NCBI GenBank assembly: GCA_964016885.1
Contig: OZ024740.1
Location: 112,592,001-112,656,000 of the forward strand
DNA: 64,000 bases
Direction of reading: 5' to 3'
Source of the DNA: Eledone cirrhosa
Lineage: Eukaryota
Below, piece after piece: positions 41,064-55,791 of the stretch. How positions within the stretch are numbered: position 1 is the first letter of the stretch; every line of letters starts with the position of its first letter. The notes beneath the pieces were generated by a model. The model was not told the DNA's origin. It made no database searches and was given only the letters and a program-made list of their open reading frames with translations. Made by a program: the position numbers and the translations under genes.

Positions 41064-42869
41064 TATCAAATTGTAAGAGAAGAAAAGTAAATGAAGAAAA
41101 CAGAACATTTAATGTACCGTGGGAGTTAGATTTTTTCTTTACTTCTGTGAAAGATAAAATGGTGTGTTTGTTGTGCAATACAGTTTTAACTACTTTGAAA
41201 AAAGCGAATGCAAATAAACATTATTTGACTCATAAAGAACATAAATATATCAATTTAGAAGGTGAATCTCGACAAGCTGCACTTAAAAAATTGAAAAATG
41301 AAAAGCATCATCAACAGATGTCTTTTAGTGCTTTTGTGAAGAATAATTCCACTGCAGTTGATGTTTACAAAATAGCACATATACTTGGAAAAAGAGGAAA
41401 ACCATTTAGTGACGTAGAAATAATTAAAGAATGTATTGTTGAAGCAGTGGGTATGTTAGATCCAGAAAAAGTTGATAAATACAAACAATTGCCTTTTTTA
41501 GAAGAACTATAACAGATCGCCAGCACGAATTAGGTCAAAATGTAACAGAGCAACTTCGTACAATTATACAAAATGAAGATGTTTATTTTTCAATTGCTTT
41601 GGATGAAAGAACTGATAAAACTGACTTGGCGCAAGTTTTATATTTTATTCGTGCTGTAACTAAAGATTTTCAGTGTTACGAAGAACTTCTTGCGCTGGGT
41701 ACACTAACTGAAAGAACTCGCGAAGTTGACATTTTCGAAAACTTCAGAGAGGTATGTCATCGATTACAATTAAGTGTCAGTAATTTAGTCAGTGTCTGCA
41801 CCGATGGCGCACCCTCTATGAAAGGTAAAAAAGAAGGATTCGTTTCTTTTTTTAAAAAAGGAAAACTTAAACTTGAAAAAATTGATATCATTTCACTGCA
41901 TTTTGCATCAGCAAAATCTTTGCGCAAAATCCACCATTTTGCAAGACGCTCTGGATAGAGCAATTGCGATTGTCAACCATATTCGCGTTAATGCAATGCG
42001 TCATCGCGAATTTAGGCAGATTCTAACTTTAGACGAAGAAACGTACAGTGTTGATCTACCGTACTACTGCAAGGTTCGCTGGCTATCAACAGTACAGGTT
42101 TTGATAAAAGTTTAAACTTTACGACGACAAATTTTAAACTTTTATCAAGAAGAAGGAAAACTTTGTGATCTATCAGATGAAGCATTTTGCAGAAAAATTG
42201 CATTTTTGTCTGATATCAGGACAAAACATAACAATTTAAATATTTGCCTGCAAGGTAAAACGAAGCATATATATGAAATGGGGCAAAAGATCCAAGCGTT
42301 TCGAAAAAAATTAACATTTTTCAAAACATTACTCTCTCGCACGGATATATCTGCAGAACACTTCCCGGAGCTAGCAAAAATGTTGAATGAGCAGAAATGG
42401 GAAAACAAAATATTCGATGAATATGTAGGTGTCTTGGATTCTTTAATAGAAGAATATACTGAAAGATTTTCAGATTTTGACGAACACACACCTGCTATGA
42501 AACTGGTATTTGAACCACATTTAGTAGATATATTCCGAGGTTCCTACGGAACTACAAGTTGAGTTATTTGAGTTGGGGGAAGATAGTATCCTTAAATCCC
42601 TTTTTGACGCTAAAAAGGATCCCATAGAAATCTGGTCAAATGCTGTTGAATATCCACGCCTACGAGAGCATGCACGCCGTTTACTTTCCTGCTTTGGAAG
42701 TTCTTACTGCTGCGAGTCAACATTTTCTCTCATGACAAAAATTGAAACTACTTTAAGAACGCAAACCACAGATGCTTATTTAGAGGATCAATTAAGGCTG
42801 CGCATTACGAAGCTTGATCCAAATCTTCAATTACTTTCAAGCAAGAAACAAATGCAAATATCCCACTAA
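41064..42869 (+). pseudogene. hAT transposase (GTF2IRD2-like/Buster family), frameshifted
   Basis: KRRKV..ENRTF...W, CLLC..H..H, GKPFSD.E, FSIALDE.TD..D.AQ, CTDGAPSM, FHCILHQQNLC, VRWLS, FGSSYCCESTFS. Confidence 0.9.
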
Positions 42870-43257
42870 CTTGAATTTTCCATCGGATTTTAAAATTATT
42901 TTACGTATTGTTGCTATGTTAGTTTTTTTAACTTAATATTATTATTTTTCTATTGTATTTCTTTATAATTATGTGAATACAAACATATTTTATATTGTAA
43001 CTTTTTATGTTAAATAATAAATAAATGACTATAAAACTATATAAAACTATAATAATTTCACAAAAGTCGCATTTATAGGTATATCAACTTATGTGGCCCC
43101 CTTTATACTGCCTAATTTAAATGTGGCCTCTAATGATAAAAAGGTTCCCTACCTCTGTAACAGACGATCGTGGTGGTAAACGGAGTGAGAGGTGAAGGAG
43201 AGAGAGATGTAACAGACGATAAGGGGGTGGTAAACGGAAGGAGGGACGTAGAAGGGA

Positions 43258-43320
<63 letters not shown>

Positions 43321-43399
43321 CGACCGAGCGAGAGAGAGAAAGAATATACATTGAGAAAGAATCGACCCTAGGTTGAGAACCACTGGGTTAGAATATAAT

Positions 43400-43592
43400 A
43401 GTTTCTTAGATAGGTACAAGGCCAACAATTTTTGGGGAATGGAAAAGTCGATTAAATCGACCCCAGTGCGCGACTGGTACTTTATTTTATCGACCCCGTA
43501 AGGATGAAAGGCAAAGTTAACCTCGGTGGGATTTGAACTCAGATCATAACGGGCCGTAGCTCTATGCTGCAAAGCATGGCGTCCGACCCTCT
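43400..43592 (-). mobile_element. tRNA-derived SINE, family 1
   Basis: Reverse complement of consensus. Confidence 0.82.
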
Positions 43593-43710
43593 AAGAGAAC
43601 AACTTTAGAGGAACAAGATAGAGAGGGAGAAACAAAGAGACTGGAACATTTTCTAGGACTAACACTCCAAATGAGAAAGATATGTATTTCCTATCTGTAT
43701 GTTTGTGATC

Positions 43711-43773
<63 letters not shown>

Positions 43774-43814
43774 ATAATTGCATTACTGGTACTTTATTTT
43801 ATCGACCCCGTAAG

Positions 43815-44020
43815 TAATAATAATAAATGTGAAGACTAAAATCCGAAGAGGGCTCGATAAGGTTAATATATATATCAAAACCATAGAGCAAATATTTATT
43901 AAAATAACAGATTAAAGTTTAAGCAAAGAATCGCTGCTTTCACCCTTAACGGGATTTTCAGAATATCCCGTTAAGGGTGAAAGCAGCGATTCTTTACTTA
44001 AACTCTAATCTGTTATGTTA
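43815..44020. repeat. Solo fold-back terminus of the PLE B/D family
   Basis: Matches 32100-32250; palindromic over ~43905-44016 with the centre inside the hammerhead core. Confidence 0.8.
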
Positions 44021-44080
44021 ATATATATATATATTACTTCAAAATATTAATAAATATAGACATTCATGCGATCAAATATA

Positions 44081-44142
44081 TTTTATTATACATATTTCAG
44101 AGGAACTGAGCTATTTCATCAGTACGTCCTCATCAGATAAAA
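44081..44142 (-). ncRNA. Type I hammerhead motif
   Basis: ttttat-CTGATGA-gga..ctga...tcag ttcct ct-GAAA-tatgta-TA-ataaaa. Confidence 0.68.
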
Positions 44143-44346
44143 ATAAATTGATGTCTGACATACCTCAACTGTGCTGATGGTTCAATCCCAGTCCTGCCAA
44201 GAATGGAATTTGATCACATGAATGTCTATATTTATTAATATTTTGAAGTAATATTAATAACTCCAGAAAACCTTACTGTTGAGTGCTTCTAATCTATTGT
44301 AAAATCTTATTCATTGATTAATCAATGAACCTTGTTAAACTTTTGG

Positions 44347-44410
<64 letters not shown>

Positions 44411-44417
<7 letters not shown>

Positions 44418-44866
44418 GCAATATACCGTATGTTTAATTAAAAACATTTTGAAGAGCTTACGCTATTATTTTAAAGTAGTGACTATGTCACTTACTTCTT
44501 TTCGGCGAAAGAAGACAGAGAGGATAACAGTCTCTTTCATGCTGTTTGGCAATTATCAGAGCTAGGTACTGCCCTCTTCCGCCGAAAATTATAGAAGCTG
44601 GATTCTTATAGAATTCCAGTAATAATCAGGAGCTGATTATACAGCTCCTGATTATTACTGGAATTTTATAAGAATCCAGCTTCTATAATTTTCGGCGGAA
44701 GAGGGCAGTACCTAGCTCTGATAATTGCCAAACAGCATGAAAGAGACTGTTATCCTCTCTGTCTTCTTTCGCCGAAAAGAAGTAAGTGACATAGTCACTA
44801 CTTTAAAATAATAGCGTAAGCTCTTCAAAATGTTTTTAATTAAACATACGGTATATTGACAAATAT
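44411..44866. repeat. ~450-bp fold-back element (family of 6807-7350) with degenerate hammerheads
   Basis: Arms are reverse complements around ggagctgattatacagctcc; the core reads CTGATAA. Confidence 0.85.
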
Positions 44867-44912
44867 ATTATGCATACATTCATGTATACATCACTATTTC
44901 AGAGCACAAATC

Positions 44913-45080
<168 letters not shown>

Positions 45081-45858
45081 TAGGAAATGTATTATATGTA
45101 AAGTAAACCCCCGGATAAACTGTAAAACTAGAAACGTAGTCTATAGCATAAGATGTACAGAGGGTACTTGCAGAAACACGACAACAGCATACATAGGCGA
45201 GACAGCTCGTAGCATAGGTGAAATGATAGACCAACACTGGGGGGAACTAAAAGGACGAAAAAAAACGGTTCAGTACTATACGAATACGCCAGACAACAAC
45301 ATGACGGTAACATAGACAACATAGAAATTAAAATAATATCTAAACATAGAAATGACCCAGCAGATAGGCAAATCAGAGAGGCAAATGAAATAGAACTTAA
45401 AAGGCCAAAGCTTAAGAGAAAAAATGAATGGAATAACAACACCCAAACAAACAATATTGACCTAAGAGAAATATAAATAAATAAATAAATATATTCACAA
45501 GCACAATAACAACAAACATATAAACACACACTAGTAAACTAAGATAGAATACAATAACCAAAACACAGTCACCCAAACAGTAGATTCGTGGTTTGCTGAG
45601 CAAGGTATCAAAATACACTATGCTAAGGCAGAGTATATATATTGGGAGCAAAGAGATGTTTCACATTAAGGTCTTTATTAATTATACACAGTTACGACAA
45701 TTTCACAGATGAGTGACTCAGGAGTTATATAAATGCTATTAAACCCGACCCAGCCCGGTCTGCTCATCATACTTGTTAATCAAGCAAACCCAAAATCTAG
45801 TCTCGTTATTCAATAAAGACTTTAATGTGAAACTTCGCTTTGTTTCCAACACCCCCAA

Positions 45859-45993
<135 letters not shown>

Positions 45994-46255
45994 TATATAT
46001 ATATATATATATATGTTTATATATAGAGGTAAGAAAAAAATGATCTGCTCTCGAATACGAATTTCATCAAGAGGGGTAAATCAGATAACCCCGAGTGCCC
46101 CACTCTGCCAAGGTAGACAGACAGTGGAACGAGTTCTGAGGTCATGCACAAGCCCAGGGTAGATACATGTGGAAACAAAATCAAGTGGTGAAGGAGATCG
46201 TACATGTAATAATATCAGTATGTTTGTGACCATATTTTATATACATATGTACGTT

Positions 46256-46296
<41 letters not shown>

Positions 46297-46346
46297 TAAT
46301 GAAATGACAGGAGGCTGGATTTGTGTAAATCCTTGAAAGGTTTATT

Positions 46347-46404
46347 ATACTATGATCATTTCAATGACCGGGTTCCGTATGAATCCGGTGATATCATCAG
46401 GTAT
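46347..46404 (-). ncRNA. Type I hammerhead ribozyme motif
   Basis: Reverse complement of 47244-47301. Confidence 0.78.
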
Positions 46405-47243
46405 TCGAAATATAATACGTGAATGTAATAGATAAAATCCATGGGGCTGAAAATCGAGGACCCGAGGGCGACCGCTATTCCGCTCCTTCAACCTCAGCCG
46501 GTCGTCCTCGAGTGACGTGGCTAAAGTTCACAGTGTGCTACTACCGGTCAGATAAACGAAAACAGAAAGGGATGGGAACATAAGTTAGCGTCAATCTCAT
46601 GCCACAAGATAAAAGAAAGAAAGAAAGGAAGGAGAGAGAAGAAGGGGGAAGGAAGAAGAAGAGAAGCCAGGGTTAATGTCAGCTATAAGAAGAAAGACAA
46701 CTACTACCGGTCAGATATAGGCAAATAAAAGGGGGAAGGAAGATAAGTCTGCGGGAGGAAGACAGGAAGAGGGGAGAAGAGAAGGAAGAGAAGAGAGAAG
46801 TAGAAAAGTAAGGGTTGTTGGCTACAAGAAGGAAGATAGAAAGAAAGAGGAAGAAAGGTCGATATTAATGTCAGACCACAGTCAGGCCAGGAGTGGCGCG
46901 AGAAAATGTTCACAGGGACCCGCATCTTAGCAGAGGTGAATATATTGGGAGTCTGTGTGTTACAATGTTTAGACTTATAGGATGAAGTTAAAAAAATTAA
47001 TAATCAATATTCAATATTAAGGAGGTTAGAAAATTTAAAGTTAAACAGTTTAACATTTTCAGGTTGATATATCTAATAGTTCCGATTTGATCTGTAATTT
47101 AGCGGTACTATATGGCGGTTAAAACACCGGCCGCACTCGAGGACGACCGGCTGAGGTTGAAGGAGCGGAATAGCGGTCGCCCTCGGGTCCTCGATTTTCA
47201 GCCCCATGGATTTTATCTATTACATTCACGTATTATATTTCGA

Positions 47244-47301
47244 ATACCTGATGATATCACCGGATTCATACGGAACCCGGTCATTGAAATGATCATAGTA
47301 T
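47244..47301 (+). ncRNA. Type I hammerhead ribozyme motif
   Basis: atac-CTGATGA-tatc accgg..ccggt catt-GAAA-tgatca-TA-gtat; palindromic stem III. Confidence 0.8.
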
Positions 47302-47784
47302 AATAAACCTTTCAAGGATTTACACAAATCCAGCCTCCTGTCATTTCATTATAATATTTAACTCCGTAATAGCACCATCAACTACAAAAACAAAGACGGT
47401 TGAACTGCCTTACGTTGAGTACTCTCTATATTATTGCATTACGATTGACCATACGGAATAGACAGCTCTATACAGTGGTGAACCTCAAACCTGAATAAAT
47501 AATGCTCCTGAAATGTTGAGCACTTCAAAATGTAATAAGGAACAGCGGCATGGGACTGAATATATCTAACCACCATTCGAACTTTGGCTTCTCGGTGCTT
47601 TCGCCTGGCCCATTGCTACTTCCCTCTCAGTATATTCGAACTTCGACGAAACCCTACGGATTAGACCATAACATGTATTGTACTGCATTGTATTAACTAA
47701 ATTCGCTACCCTATACTTCTGGGCATGTATAACTCACACTGAATTCCCAGACTCGAACACACACTGTTTCCACATCTATACGCA

Positions 47785-48460
47785 TTATCTGACTGCAACT
47801 TGAACTATATTGTATTTCTCCTGTGTCTTGAACTCTCCATTTAATAGACAACGACTCTTGTTTGTTTATTTATATCTTTACATCTTTATTTGCTGTATTA
47901 ATGCTTTTCCATGTATTCTACCCCTATACATACATGTACTTTTTACTTCCCTTATTCGGACTTTTATTCGCGTGTACCCTTAGCACACGACACTGGAATA
48001 TCTCCCCCTGGGAACATGAATACTGCAACCTGAACTATATTGTATTTCTCCTGTGTCTTGAACTCTCCATTTAATAGACAACGACTCTTGTTTGTTTATT
48101 TATATCTTTACATCTTTATTTGCTGTATTAATGCTTTTCCACGGACTTTTACTCGCGTGTACCCTTAGCACACGACACAAGATTGTCTCCCCCCGGGAAC
48201 ATAAATACTGCGACCTGAACTATATTGTAATTCTCCTATGTCTTGATTTCTCCATCTTACTCCAACACCACTCTTGTTGGTTTATTTACATGTTTATACC
48301 TATATATTGATATGTTTATATATTTATACCTTTGCTTTAACAATGTGCTCTTCAACGTATTCCACTTCTATGTATCCATGTATTTCTACTCCTCACATTG
48401 CGACTTTTGCTCACTTGTACCCATTAGCACACGACACTAGAATGTCTCCTCCTGAGAACA
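47785..48460. repeat. Internal degenerate tandem repeat (~180-240-bp units, about 3 copies)
   Basis: actgcaac.tgaactatattgtatttctcctgtgtcttga and tagcacacgacac each recur three times. Confidence 0.8.
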
Positions 48461-49605
48461 AAAATAAATACTACACAACTATATCCCGCACTCTACATCC
48501 CACTAGGATAAATTACAGATCTACATAATACAATTAACGTTTCTTCATAAAAGACTCTCTTTAATTAAACCCCGCAACCCAAAACCTCATAGAAGTTCTG
48601 TAAATGTTTAATCTTCAATTTTCTGTTTGTTCAATTCTCAATCTTCTTACTCTTTAATTTTATAATGTTATTCTGAATTCTTTCAACTTCATCCGATAAA
48701 GTTAAGCAATATTTTAAGGTTCCAACTTTCTGTCGGACTGTCGGGTGGGTTTTAATGGCGGCGCGACCAGGCCCCTGGCGCACGGTCTTACCCGGAGTGC
48801 TTGGAAAAATAAATTTCCCCTTCTTTCGGTAAATGAAAATACTCGGCGTAGCTTAATTCGCCCTGCTGCCCTGAGCGCGGCCGGTGTTTTAACCGCCACA
48901 TAGTATCGTTAAATTACAGAACAAATCGGAACTATTAGATATATCAACCTGAAAATGTTAAACTGTTTAACTTTAAATTTTCTAACCTCCTTAATATTGA
49001 ATATTGATTATTAATTTTTTAACTTCATCCTATAAGTCTAAACATTGTAACACACAGACTCCCAATATATTCATCTCTGCTAAGATGCGGGTCCCTGTGA
49101 ACATTTTCTCGCGCCACTCCTGGCCTAACTGTGGTCTGACATTAATATCGACCTTTCTTCCTCTTTCTTTCTATCTTCCTTCTTGTAGCCATCAACCCTT
49201 ACTTTTCTACTTCTCTCTTCTCTTCCTTCTCTTCTCCCCTCTTCCTGTCTTCCTCCCGCAGACTTATCTTCCTTCCCCCTTTTGTTTGCCTATATCTGAC
49301 CGGTAGTAGTTGTCTTTCTTCTTATAGCTGACATTAACCCTGGCTTCTCTTCTTCTTCCTTCCCCCTTCTTCTCTCTCCTTCCTTTCTTTCTTTCTTTTA
49401 TCTTGTGGCATGAGATTGACGCTAACTTATGTTCCCATCCCTTTCTGTTTTCGTTTATCTGACCGGTAGTAGCACACTGTGAACTTTAGCCACGTCACTC
49501 GAGGACGACCGGCTGAGGTTGAAGGAGCGGAATAGCGGTCGCCCTCGGGTCCTCGATTTTCAGCCCCATGGATTTTATCTATTACATTCACGTATTATAT
49601 TTCGA

Positions 49606-49663
49606 ATACCTGATGATATCACCGGATTCATACGGAACCCGGTCATTGAAATGATCATAGTAT
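49606..49663 (+). ncRNA. Type I hammerhead ribozyme motif
   Basis: Same sequence as 47244-47301, 2362 bp downstream. Confidence 0.8.
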
Positions 49664-49857
49664 AATAAACCTTTCAAGGATTTACACAAATCCAGCCTCC
49701 TGTCATTTCATTATAATATTTAACTCCGTAATAGCACCACCAACTACAAAAACAAAGACGGCTGAACTGCTTTACGTTGAGTACTCTCTATATTATTGCA
49801 TTACGATTGACCATACGGAATAGACCAGCTCTATACAGTGGTGAACCTCAAACCTGA

Positions 49858-49951
<94 letters not shown>

Positions 49952-50067
49952 CCAGTAGCTGTGACCGTCAGATAGTATCAGTAATGGAAAGACTAATGGA
50001 AACGTTGTTTCCTTGGTCCAATTTGGTGTTCGTCTCTTTTCTCTCTCAAACACACACTCACGCATAG

Positions 50068-50181
<114 letters not shown>

Positions 50182-51691
50182 CTATGTATGTATATAAGTT
50201 CAAACAGACGGATGCATCCATTTGAGGAAAACTAGTCTGCAGGAATGAAAGGCAGTTGTAGAGCAGAATGGTTTAGTAAGGAGTTTAGAACAGGGAGACA
50301 CAGAGGGATAGGATAATGATAGTATGGTGTGGGTTAGTGTTGGTGGTGTTGGTGGGTGATGGAGGATGTTGATGGGGGAGGATGATGGTGGATGGTGGGG
50401 AATGTTGTCTGGAATAGGGAGACACATCGGAGCAGCATGATGACGGAAGCATGCTGAAAGATGGTGGCTGATTGTATGTATGTTTATGCGTATATGTCTG
50501 CAGTCTGAAGTGTGTATGTATAGGTGTACGTAAGCATGTGTACACGTGTATATGTGTGTGTCCGTACGCGTAGGTGTGTGTATTGGCATATGTGTGTCTA
50601 TGTTTGTACGTATGTGTGTACGAATGTCTAAGCATGTGTTTAAATTGGTGCGTGTGCCTGTATGTATAGAGGTATGTCTGTGTATGTGTATATGTATGTG
50701 TATGTGTGTGTGTCGGTGTGTATGGGTGTATGTGCTTAGGTATGTCTGCGTATGTGAATATATATATATGTGGATGTATTTAACGATGACTGCGTGCGTT
50801 TCTGTATGTATGTGTCTATGCGTGCGTGTGGCTTGTTTGCAACGGTTGTCGTGTTTATGATTTTGTCACGCCTGACCTAATGTCGACTCGAACCTGTGTA
50901 GTCTACGCTAGCTGCTTAATTTACTGTGCTATATGGTTTCATACTTGTTACAACGGTTCAAATACTGCCACATGCTTCATTACTCCAAGCTTTTACGTGT
51001 CTTCAGCTCCACAATATGTCAGCAAATGTGTGTGGCATGCCATTCCACTACCAGACGCCCACAACTTCTACCAGTGTCCAAACATTCTTTTTCCGCCATT
51101 GATCACCATCCACCACCATCCATCACCACTATTCACCACCAACCTCATCACCACCACCACCACCTACCACTCTCCAGCATCCCTCTCCATCCAACAATAT
51201 CCACACCCACCATTTGTCACCACCATTCTCCCTCACTATCCTCCATCCTCATTCAACATCTACCAAAACCCGTCACCATACACTATCATCCACCATTCCC
51301 CAGCCTCCTCCTACACCACCACCACCACCACCACCACCACCACTACCATACTCCACTACCACCCCTCATACACTATCATCCACCATTCCCCAGTCTCCTC
51401 CACCACCTCCACCACCATCCACCACTACCATCCTCCGCCCCCTCCATACACTATCATTCGCCATCCACCCGCCTCCTTCACCAGTCATCAACATCCACCA
51501 CCACATACCATTACCATCTTTCATAGTGTACCTTTGAAACCCTATCTAATACGTTGTTTTTAAAGACGGTAGCGTGTTATTTGAAGGAGATATGACTACT
51601 ATTTATAGCAAGTCAAACTACCACGCAACGACGCAGTCACTGGATTGTTGGAGCCTGGTTAAAATGAAATGTACTTTCATTTTTTAATTTA

Positions 51692-52170
51692 CTGGAGGAA
51701 GGGACAGTGGTCATGACCTTCACTGGTCCTCCAAAACCTCGAGGAAAGAAATATGTTCAGGACATTTACTGTCTCCCATCACCTGGAAGAAGAGACAATG
51801 GACAATACCCCTACCAGCCCTCTAAAACCTAGAGGAAGGGACTGTGCCCAGAAAGTTCATAGGCCCTTCACGATCTGGAGAAAGGGCCACGACCCATGAC
51901 TTGTTGGCCTCCATGACTCGGAGGATGGGACAGTACTCAATACCTTCCCAGGGCCTCCATAACTCGGAGGAAGGGACAGTACTCAAGACATTCACAGGGC
52001 CTCTATGACTCGGAAGAAAGGACAGTATTCGAGACTTTCACAAGGCCCCAATGCCTTGGAGGAAGGGGCAGTACTCAAGACCGTTACAAGCACTCCATGA
52101 CTCGATGGAAGGGACAGTGATCAAGACTTTCACAGTCTTTCCATAACTTGGAGGAAGGGACAGTGTTCAA
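51692..52170. repeat. 46-bp minisatellite, about 10 diverged copies
   Basis: Unit ctcggaggaagggacagtactcaagac.ttcacagggcctccatga. Confidence 0.88.
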
Positions 52171-52642
52171 TCCACCGTTGATTTGCTGCTTAAACTGTTA
52201 CTTAAAATGTCGAGTCCAACAGTAACGTGATGAGCAGGAAGGAAATTGAAGAGGGGCAAGGTCCTTGGCAGGAAGGATTAGCTGCACAACCGGGGCCTTG
52301 GTGTTTAACACTGTACTCTAGTCGTACAATGTGTACCCCATTCTCATAGTTATGCGCACCATTCTCCCAAAATAATAATTAATTCGACTTACAGTATGCT
52401 GACGGTCTAGTTTTTCACATGTTTTGCTTTGACCGCACAAAGGAATTTACTAAGCCTGCAACATCCACTACACAGTCCACACTCAGCTGCGGGAAATTAT
52501 CCTGAAGATAATTAACTCTCTCCAACACCTAGGATATTTCCACAACACTGACATGTGTCAAAGATGTTTAGCGATTTATTTTTTGGTCGAAGGTGTGTGA
52601 CGTAAGCGGCTGCCTAGTTAGCTTTGCTGGTAGCACCGGCCC

Positions 52643-52735
<93 letters not shown>

Positions 52736-52737
<2 letters not shown>

Positions 52738-52932
52738 GAAAAAGTCAGGACCACGACGGGTGTTTCGGCAGCTAGTTCTGCACTGTTCTGAACAGTTCAG
52801 AACTAGCTGTCAAAACGGCCGGAGCTCAGCCGTCGGGGTCCTGACTTTTTCCTATTACCCACTCTACTACTCATAGTTTCGAGTACTCTGGTGCGTTATG
52901 GTCAACCTGGTTCCTTACCACACTTCCTTCAT

Positions 52933-52935
<3 letters not shown>
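52736..52935 (+). repeat. Fold-back PLE terminus (family of 31278-31483)
   Basis: Imperfect palindrome 52736-52853, then an ACTC..GAGTAC tail matching the reverse complement of 31278-31360. Confidence 0.7.
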
Positions 52936-52998
<63 letters not shown>

Positions 52999-53023
52999 CA
53001 GTAGCCCTAGCATAATTATTTCA

Positions 53024-53900
53024 TCTGTATATATATAAAATTAAGTGTGTCTGTGTATTACCTATAGGGGCCTACATCTTACGACCGATTTTCATGAAAC
53101 TTTACAAGCCCATAGATTAGTCATAGAGGGGGGGAGGGAGCGGGGTGTTTTCTATATATCAGCGTATCGTTTTTTTTTTATTCCGGGGTCATTCTGCAGA
53201 TAAAAATCGATAGAGGGGTCACCTTTTTTTAGGTATCAAAAAATAAGATTTTTGGCTCTAGCTCCCACATTTTGCCACCGATTTCGTTCAAAATTTTAAA
53301 GCAAAATAGAATTTATCATTGCACAACCTTTATATTTTGCATTTGTTGTTCAGGGACGGCGTGGCAGCCGCTTAAATATTCAAAAATACCATCTTTTCGC
53401 TCAAATTTCCGCCTTTACGGCTCTAGCTCCCACATACGGCTCTTAAAGTGGCTTTACATTTTGGATTTTTTGTTCAGGAACAGCGTGGCAGCCGCTTAAA
53501 TATTCGAAAATACCATCTTTTCGCTCAAATTTCCGCCTTTACGGCTCTAGCTCCCACATTTTCAACCGATTTCGTTCAAATTCGAAACTTCGGCTCCACC
53601 TCACACATAAATCAATTTATTTGGTTCAACTTTTATACTACGATAGAACCTATCATTGCACATCTTATAGTAGCTTTACACTTTGCAATTTTTGTTCAGA
53701 GATGGCGTGGCAGCCGTTTAACTCTTCAAAATACGATTTTTTCCACCTCCCACATATTCCATACGATTTCACTCAACATTTCGCCATTTGCTACACCTTA
53801 CGACCAATTTTCAAGAAACTCGCAGTCGCTAAGATCAACACCTTTTCATCAAAGCAGATATTATTTTACCTACCCAGGCAACGCTGGGTACTGCTGCTAG
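53024..53900 (+). mobile_element. Non-autonomous Helitron (copy 2)
   Basis: a|TC start, hairpin cccaggcaacgctggg, CTAG|t end, no TSD. Confidence 0.88.
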
Positions 53901-54284
53901 TATACAATCTATTTTTATATAATAAACATATATCTAATACACAGACCTCTTATATATGTATAAATATATATTGTTGGATATGTTTCTGGCAAGACAAATA
54001 CGAAGACGTCGACTAGAATATTCCTCCTCCTTCAACATTCATCAGTTATTCAACATATTTTTGTTATATACTTGTGAAAAGATGGTGTAAAACTAAGGAG
54101 TACTCTTTCTTCTCTCTCTCCCGCTCTCTTCCTCTCTGTCCCTCTCCCCTCTCTCTACACCTCACCCCTCTCTCTCTCCCTTCCTCACTTTTGAGTACGT
54201 GTGTTTGAATGGAAGTTTGTCCTGTTTCATTCTCTTTACTATGATTCTTTTGTTTATGTACGTACATACATACTTACATGTATA

Positions 54285-54317
<33 letters not shown>

Positions 54318-54438
54318 GCGTGTGTATATATATATTATATATATATATATTATATATATATATATTATATATATTATATGTATATATGTATATATGTATG
54401 TATGTATGTATATATATATATATATGTATGTATGTGTA

Positions 54439-54492
<54 letters not shown>

Positions 54493-54941
54493 TACACACA
54501 TAACATAAATACATACGCGCACATACACAGAGAATACGCACTCATAATATACATACATAACTTATACAGACTTTATGAGTATGTGTAAGAATGCACGTAT
54601 CAATGGAGAAATTCATGGCTATATCGCAATAAAATTCCTGCATGATATCTTTATAAGCATAACACAATAACTTTTACAATGAGGTGTTATTAGATATAAT
54701 GTAAATATTTAGGCTGCAAGATTCCATCGGATATTGCTCGGAGAAGTGTTTGTCTGCTTTTTCTCAATATTGCTTCACTAAATATGGACAGATTTTCATA
54801 TACACCAGTTCCATATGACATTGATGGTCACTGTACACTTCTCTTTCCCGCTCTCTCACTCTCTGTGTGTCCGTGCCAATATGTGTGTATGTGCTACTAT
54901 GTAGTTTTGTATTTGTTAATACACACACACGCACACACTCA

Positions 54942-55013
<72 letters not shown>

Positions 55014-55066
55014 TACATATTTATATCTTTCTCACACACATACATATTCATATATATTTACATATG

Positions 55067-55098
<32 letters not shown>

Positions 55099-55349
55099 CA
55101 TATCTATAAACATACACATACAAGCATATATACATATATACATATATACATGAATACATAACACACCGTGCACACGCATATTCATTTATTTATTCATATA
55201 TATGAATGTATATATATTCATGTGTATAGATGTATGTAACTGCGTTTAAGTAAAACTGTATTATAAATTGTTTCTCCATATGGCAATATATTATGCATGT
55301 ACACACACAAACACATATATATTATTCCATCCAACACACACACACGCAT

Positions 55350-55409
<60 letters not shown>

Positions 55410-55421
55410 ATAAATAAATAA

Positions 55422-55547
<126 letters not shown>

Positions 55548-55715
55548 TATGTATACGGACATACATATATGTATACAGACGTACAGTAGTATGTATATAT
55601 ATACATACATATATATATGTACGTATGGATTTACCGAACATTTATTATAATGCTCGGTGTGTTTGTAAACAAACATCCCGAATTAAGCCGCACAGTGTTT
55701 AGCAACCATCGTTGC

Positions 55716-55791
<76 letters not shown>

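Larger units (their letters stand above)
39967..43157 (+). mobile_element. hAT DNA transposon (Buster/Charlie/SPIN-like), full length
   Basis: TIRs CAGAGGTGGGGAACCT / AGGTTCCCTACCTCTG (15 of 16 match); 8-bp TSD taacagac at 39959-39966 and 43158-43165. Confidence 0.93.
46292..49862 (+). mobile_element. Non-autonomous PLE/retrozyme-like element: inverted arm plus tandem pseudo-LTRs, three hammerheads
   Basis: 46292-47134 is inverted relative to ~48877-49716; 47135-47500 repeats directly at 49497-49862; TA tracts on both sides; no RT ORF. Confidence 0.85.

Noticed and set aside
51692-52170. 46-bp array as a CRISPR-like locus
   Set aside because: Whole units are homologous with no unique spacers, no cas genes, eukaryotic context
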